Positions 62,001 through 64,000 of a DNA stretch of 64,000 nucleotides are shown piece after piece. The stretch spans positions 455,610 to 519,609 of the forward strand of contig CAJINV010000023.1 in NCBI GenBank assembly GCA_905178155.1, read 5' to 3'. How positions within the stretch are numbered: the first letter of the stretch is position 1; every line of letters begins with the position of its first letter. Made by a program: the position numbers and the translations under genes. This DNA is from Amoebophrya sp. A120. Taxonomy: Eukaryota; Protista; Dinoflagellata. The notes below the pieces were generated by a model. It was given only the letters and a program-made list of their open reading frames with translations. It had not been told where the DNA came from and made no database searches.

Positions 62001-63400
62001 AGGAGGGCCGCTGTGGAAGTATGCCGTTTGTCCACGGCAAACGCGTCGGCCTCCTATGTGTGTGTCCGGGGGGTAATTGGTTTGGGGGTTGGCGCACTGC
62101 CATCGATGAGCTTCTCTGATGCGTCTAGCGGCCATGAATTCTTCAGGCCACACAGAGCGACGCCCCCTGTACCTGTTGCAGCGATAATTGGCGCCCATGT
62201 CTGTGACGCAACACGACGGGCAAAGGAGGGGCATGGCGCAGGCCTCGCTTCCTGTGCAGCAGCGCTCCTATTCCTCTGCAGCTCGGCGCCCTTGCCGGGA
62301 TTGCTTATGGTTCCGCGCACTACGATTGGGAGCGTCGTTCTGCGCGCCCCCTCTCAGGAGGCAGTCGCAGTGATATCGACGGTGCCTGGCGCCATTGCTC
62401 GCCGGCGGGGCGGGTTTAGGACATTGCCCCTTGTGCATGTTGTGGGTGATCGAGAGCCGCTTCTCTTTGGTATTCGTCATGTACTTGAAACTCCGGGAGC
62501 AAGCTTCAAGTAAAGAGCTTTCTTTCTCGATTTCAAAAGAAGTTCAAAAATCGTTCAAAATCCTTTCAAAATGCGTTCACCGATGAGGCTATTGGTTTGA
62601 ACGCATTTTGAACGGATTGTGAACCGAGTTTTGAATTCCGTTTTGAAATTCAGAAAAGATTTGAATGGCGTTTTGAAATTGCCGGGAAAGTTGAAATACG
62701 TTTTGAAATTGGCGAGAAAGTTGAAATACGTTTTGAAATTGTGTTGGACTTTAAATCATGTTTTGAAATGCGCCTCTGTGCTGAGCTTTCTTGCGAATGT
62801 TGTCGCCAAGCTCGGCAGTTTTGGCGCTATAAGGCTCGCGCCATGACCCCAATCCCTATCTGGTAGCGGCATGGAGAGCGCTTGCGTGTTTGGGTCTCTA
62901 GAAAGGCAGGGCCGTGTGGGACCCACGTATGCCAGCCATGCTTGCGCTTCCAGCCGGCAAGAAGGTCGCCGGCAACGCGAGGCGAACCCGCGCTCTTACT
63001 TTGCGGCGGCTGTGTAGACGTAGCCGCGCACCACTTTGGTGCGGGTCGTTTTTCCCGGTGTTTCAACGTGAGCAGGGCCTCTGGCTGCACTCCCTGGGGC
63101 TTCAGGAATTGGGCTTCAAAGGCGTGCGCGCCGACGCACCTACAGACATCTCGCTGTTGCCCTCGCTCTGAGCCCCAAGAGCATTGGACGACCGCCCACA
63201 GGTGTTTGCTTCTGTGGCGTTGAATGGGCTGGAAATGTTTTTTGTCAGGGATGTGGTGTTGTGTATCTGGGTGTGTACACACTACGAAACCCTGACATTT
63301 TGAATTCGTTTTGCATTTGTTTTGCAATGAAATCAGCGTCCGTATACTTTGGATTTAAGTCTCTCCCTGTCTGGGAAGATGATCGCGTCGAAATTTACAG
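56036..63400. repeat. Intergenic chain of ~1-1.5-kb GC-rich inserts bounded by three sets of 40-60-bp direct repeats
   Basis: DR1 (atatttatttcagtgtgatgtcgtga.gtgagtataaga) ~56036, 57240, 58230; DR2 (gtgttccac.t.tgcggccctccagtaattttgt) ~58276, 59763, 60772, 61875; DR3 (gtctctccctgtctgggaagatgat..gtcgaaatttacag) ~61958, 63359. Confidence 0.88.
60822..61874 (+). mobile_element. Helitron-like family 1, intergenic copy
   Basis: cgcccttatagattatagggg near the 5' end; 3' end atttactagacgacctatcgccggcgtcctggacgccggcgtagtagtctag identical to that of 13762-15221. Confidence 0.75.
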
Positions 63401-63540
63401 ACCAAGCCTGCAGTTGTAGTTGAAAGAACGGCGCAGTGTATAGTTTGATTGTACTACGTCGGTGCTTGTTCCTCGTGGAAGTAGTTTATTCTACGTACTA
63501 TCGTTGGAGACTTTGACTTCTTCAATATTCGCTTTTCAAC

Positions 63541-64000
63541 ATGCCATCAACTCCGAGCAGCGGCTCGCGTCGCTGGATCGAGTGGTGCCGCATGTCGTGT
63601 GCGGACGTGGAGGACATTGTGCGGGAAGTGGCAGCGCAGCAGCCGCAGGAGGATGCTGGTCCTGCGCACGACGTCGCTAGCAGCTGCATCTCGGTCCTGC
63701 TGCCGGTGGAGGAGGGGCAGGCAAAGACTTCGTCGCCGAACTACTACGCTGCTGGCATGTCGACCGGGTATGTTGCCCTGCAACTGCGGCCGGAGCAGGT
63801 AAAATGCGTGCCCGCGAGTCGCGTTGGTTTTCCCGGGCAAATAGTATCGATTTCAGACGCTGGTGCAACTGCCACCTCGGAGGCGTTGAAAATTATATCC
63901 GTTGGCTGCGTGGATGCGACCCGGGTGGTCCAGCTTCATATCAAACTCGAAGTAGAACAAGAAGTCGTCCTGGCGGGTCTGCGGCCAGGGAGCTTTCTCG
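63541..64000 (+). CDS. Hypothetical protein, 5' portion (runs off window)
   Basis: ATG 63541, open for about 153 codons to the window end (MPSTPSSGSRRWIEWCRM...), same strand as the other genes. No family recognised. Confidence 0.5.
   Translation, partial: MPSTPSSGSRRWIEWCRMSCADVEDIVREVAAQQPQEDAGPAHDVASSCISVLLPVEEGQAKTSSPNYYAAGMSTGYVALQLRPEQVKCVPASRVGFPGQIVSISDAGATATSEALKIISVGCVDATRVVQLHIKLEVEQEVVLAGLRPGSFL

Noticed and set aside
1-64000. Autonomous transposase, Rep/helicase or intact reverse transcriptase; rRNA or tRNA genes
   Set aside because: No recognisable motifs or sufficiently long ORFs found by eye; a profile search was not possible.

Overview
Eukaryotic genomic DNA whose architecture matches that published for the parasitic dinoflagellate Amoebophrya (taxon inferred, not shown). 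About 110 MITE-like 'introner' elements (150-350 bp, TAT...ATA termini, family-specific terminal inverted repeats, 5-bp direct repeats, no GT-AG) chop the genes into tiny exons, so the supplied ORF track is mostly translated element sequence. Removing each element plus one direct-repeat copy by hand restores six co-oriented + strand genes that all point to Golgi glycan synthesis: a CASD1/RWA-type O-acetyltransferase (3' part), an SLC35E3/UXT/URGT-type nucleotide-sugar transporter, a MUR4/UXE-like UDP-sugar 4-epimerase fused in frame to a GT77 glycosyltransferase, an SLC35A-type transporter, a type II membrane SGNH/PC-esterase-like protein, and a second SLC35A-type transporter. A seventh, unidentified ORF starts at 63541. 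Further layers: Helitron-like elements nested inside introners (two at the identical nucleotide), a 1.2-kb exonic insertion whose 28-bp target duplication forms a perfect GT-AG intron, and two intergenic blocks built from ~1-kb GC-rich inserts chained by 40-80-bp direct repeats. All reconstruction was manual; element coordinates may be off by a few bases and exact splice points need RNA data.
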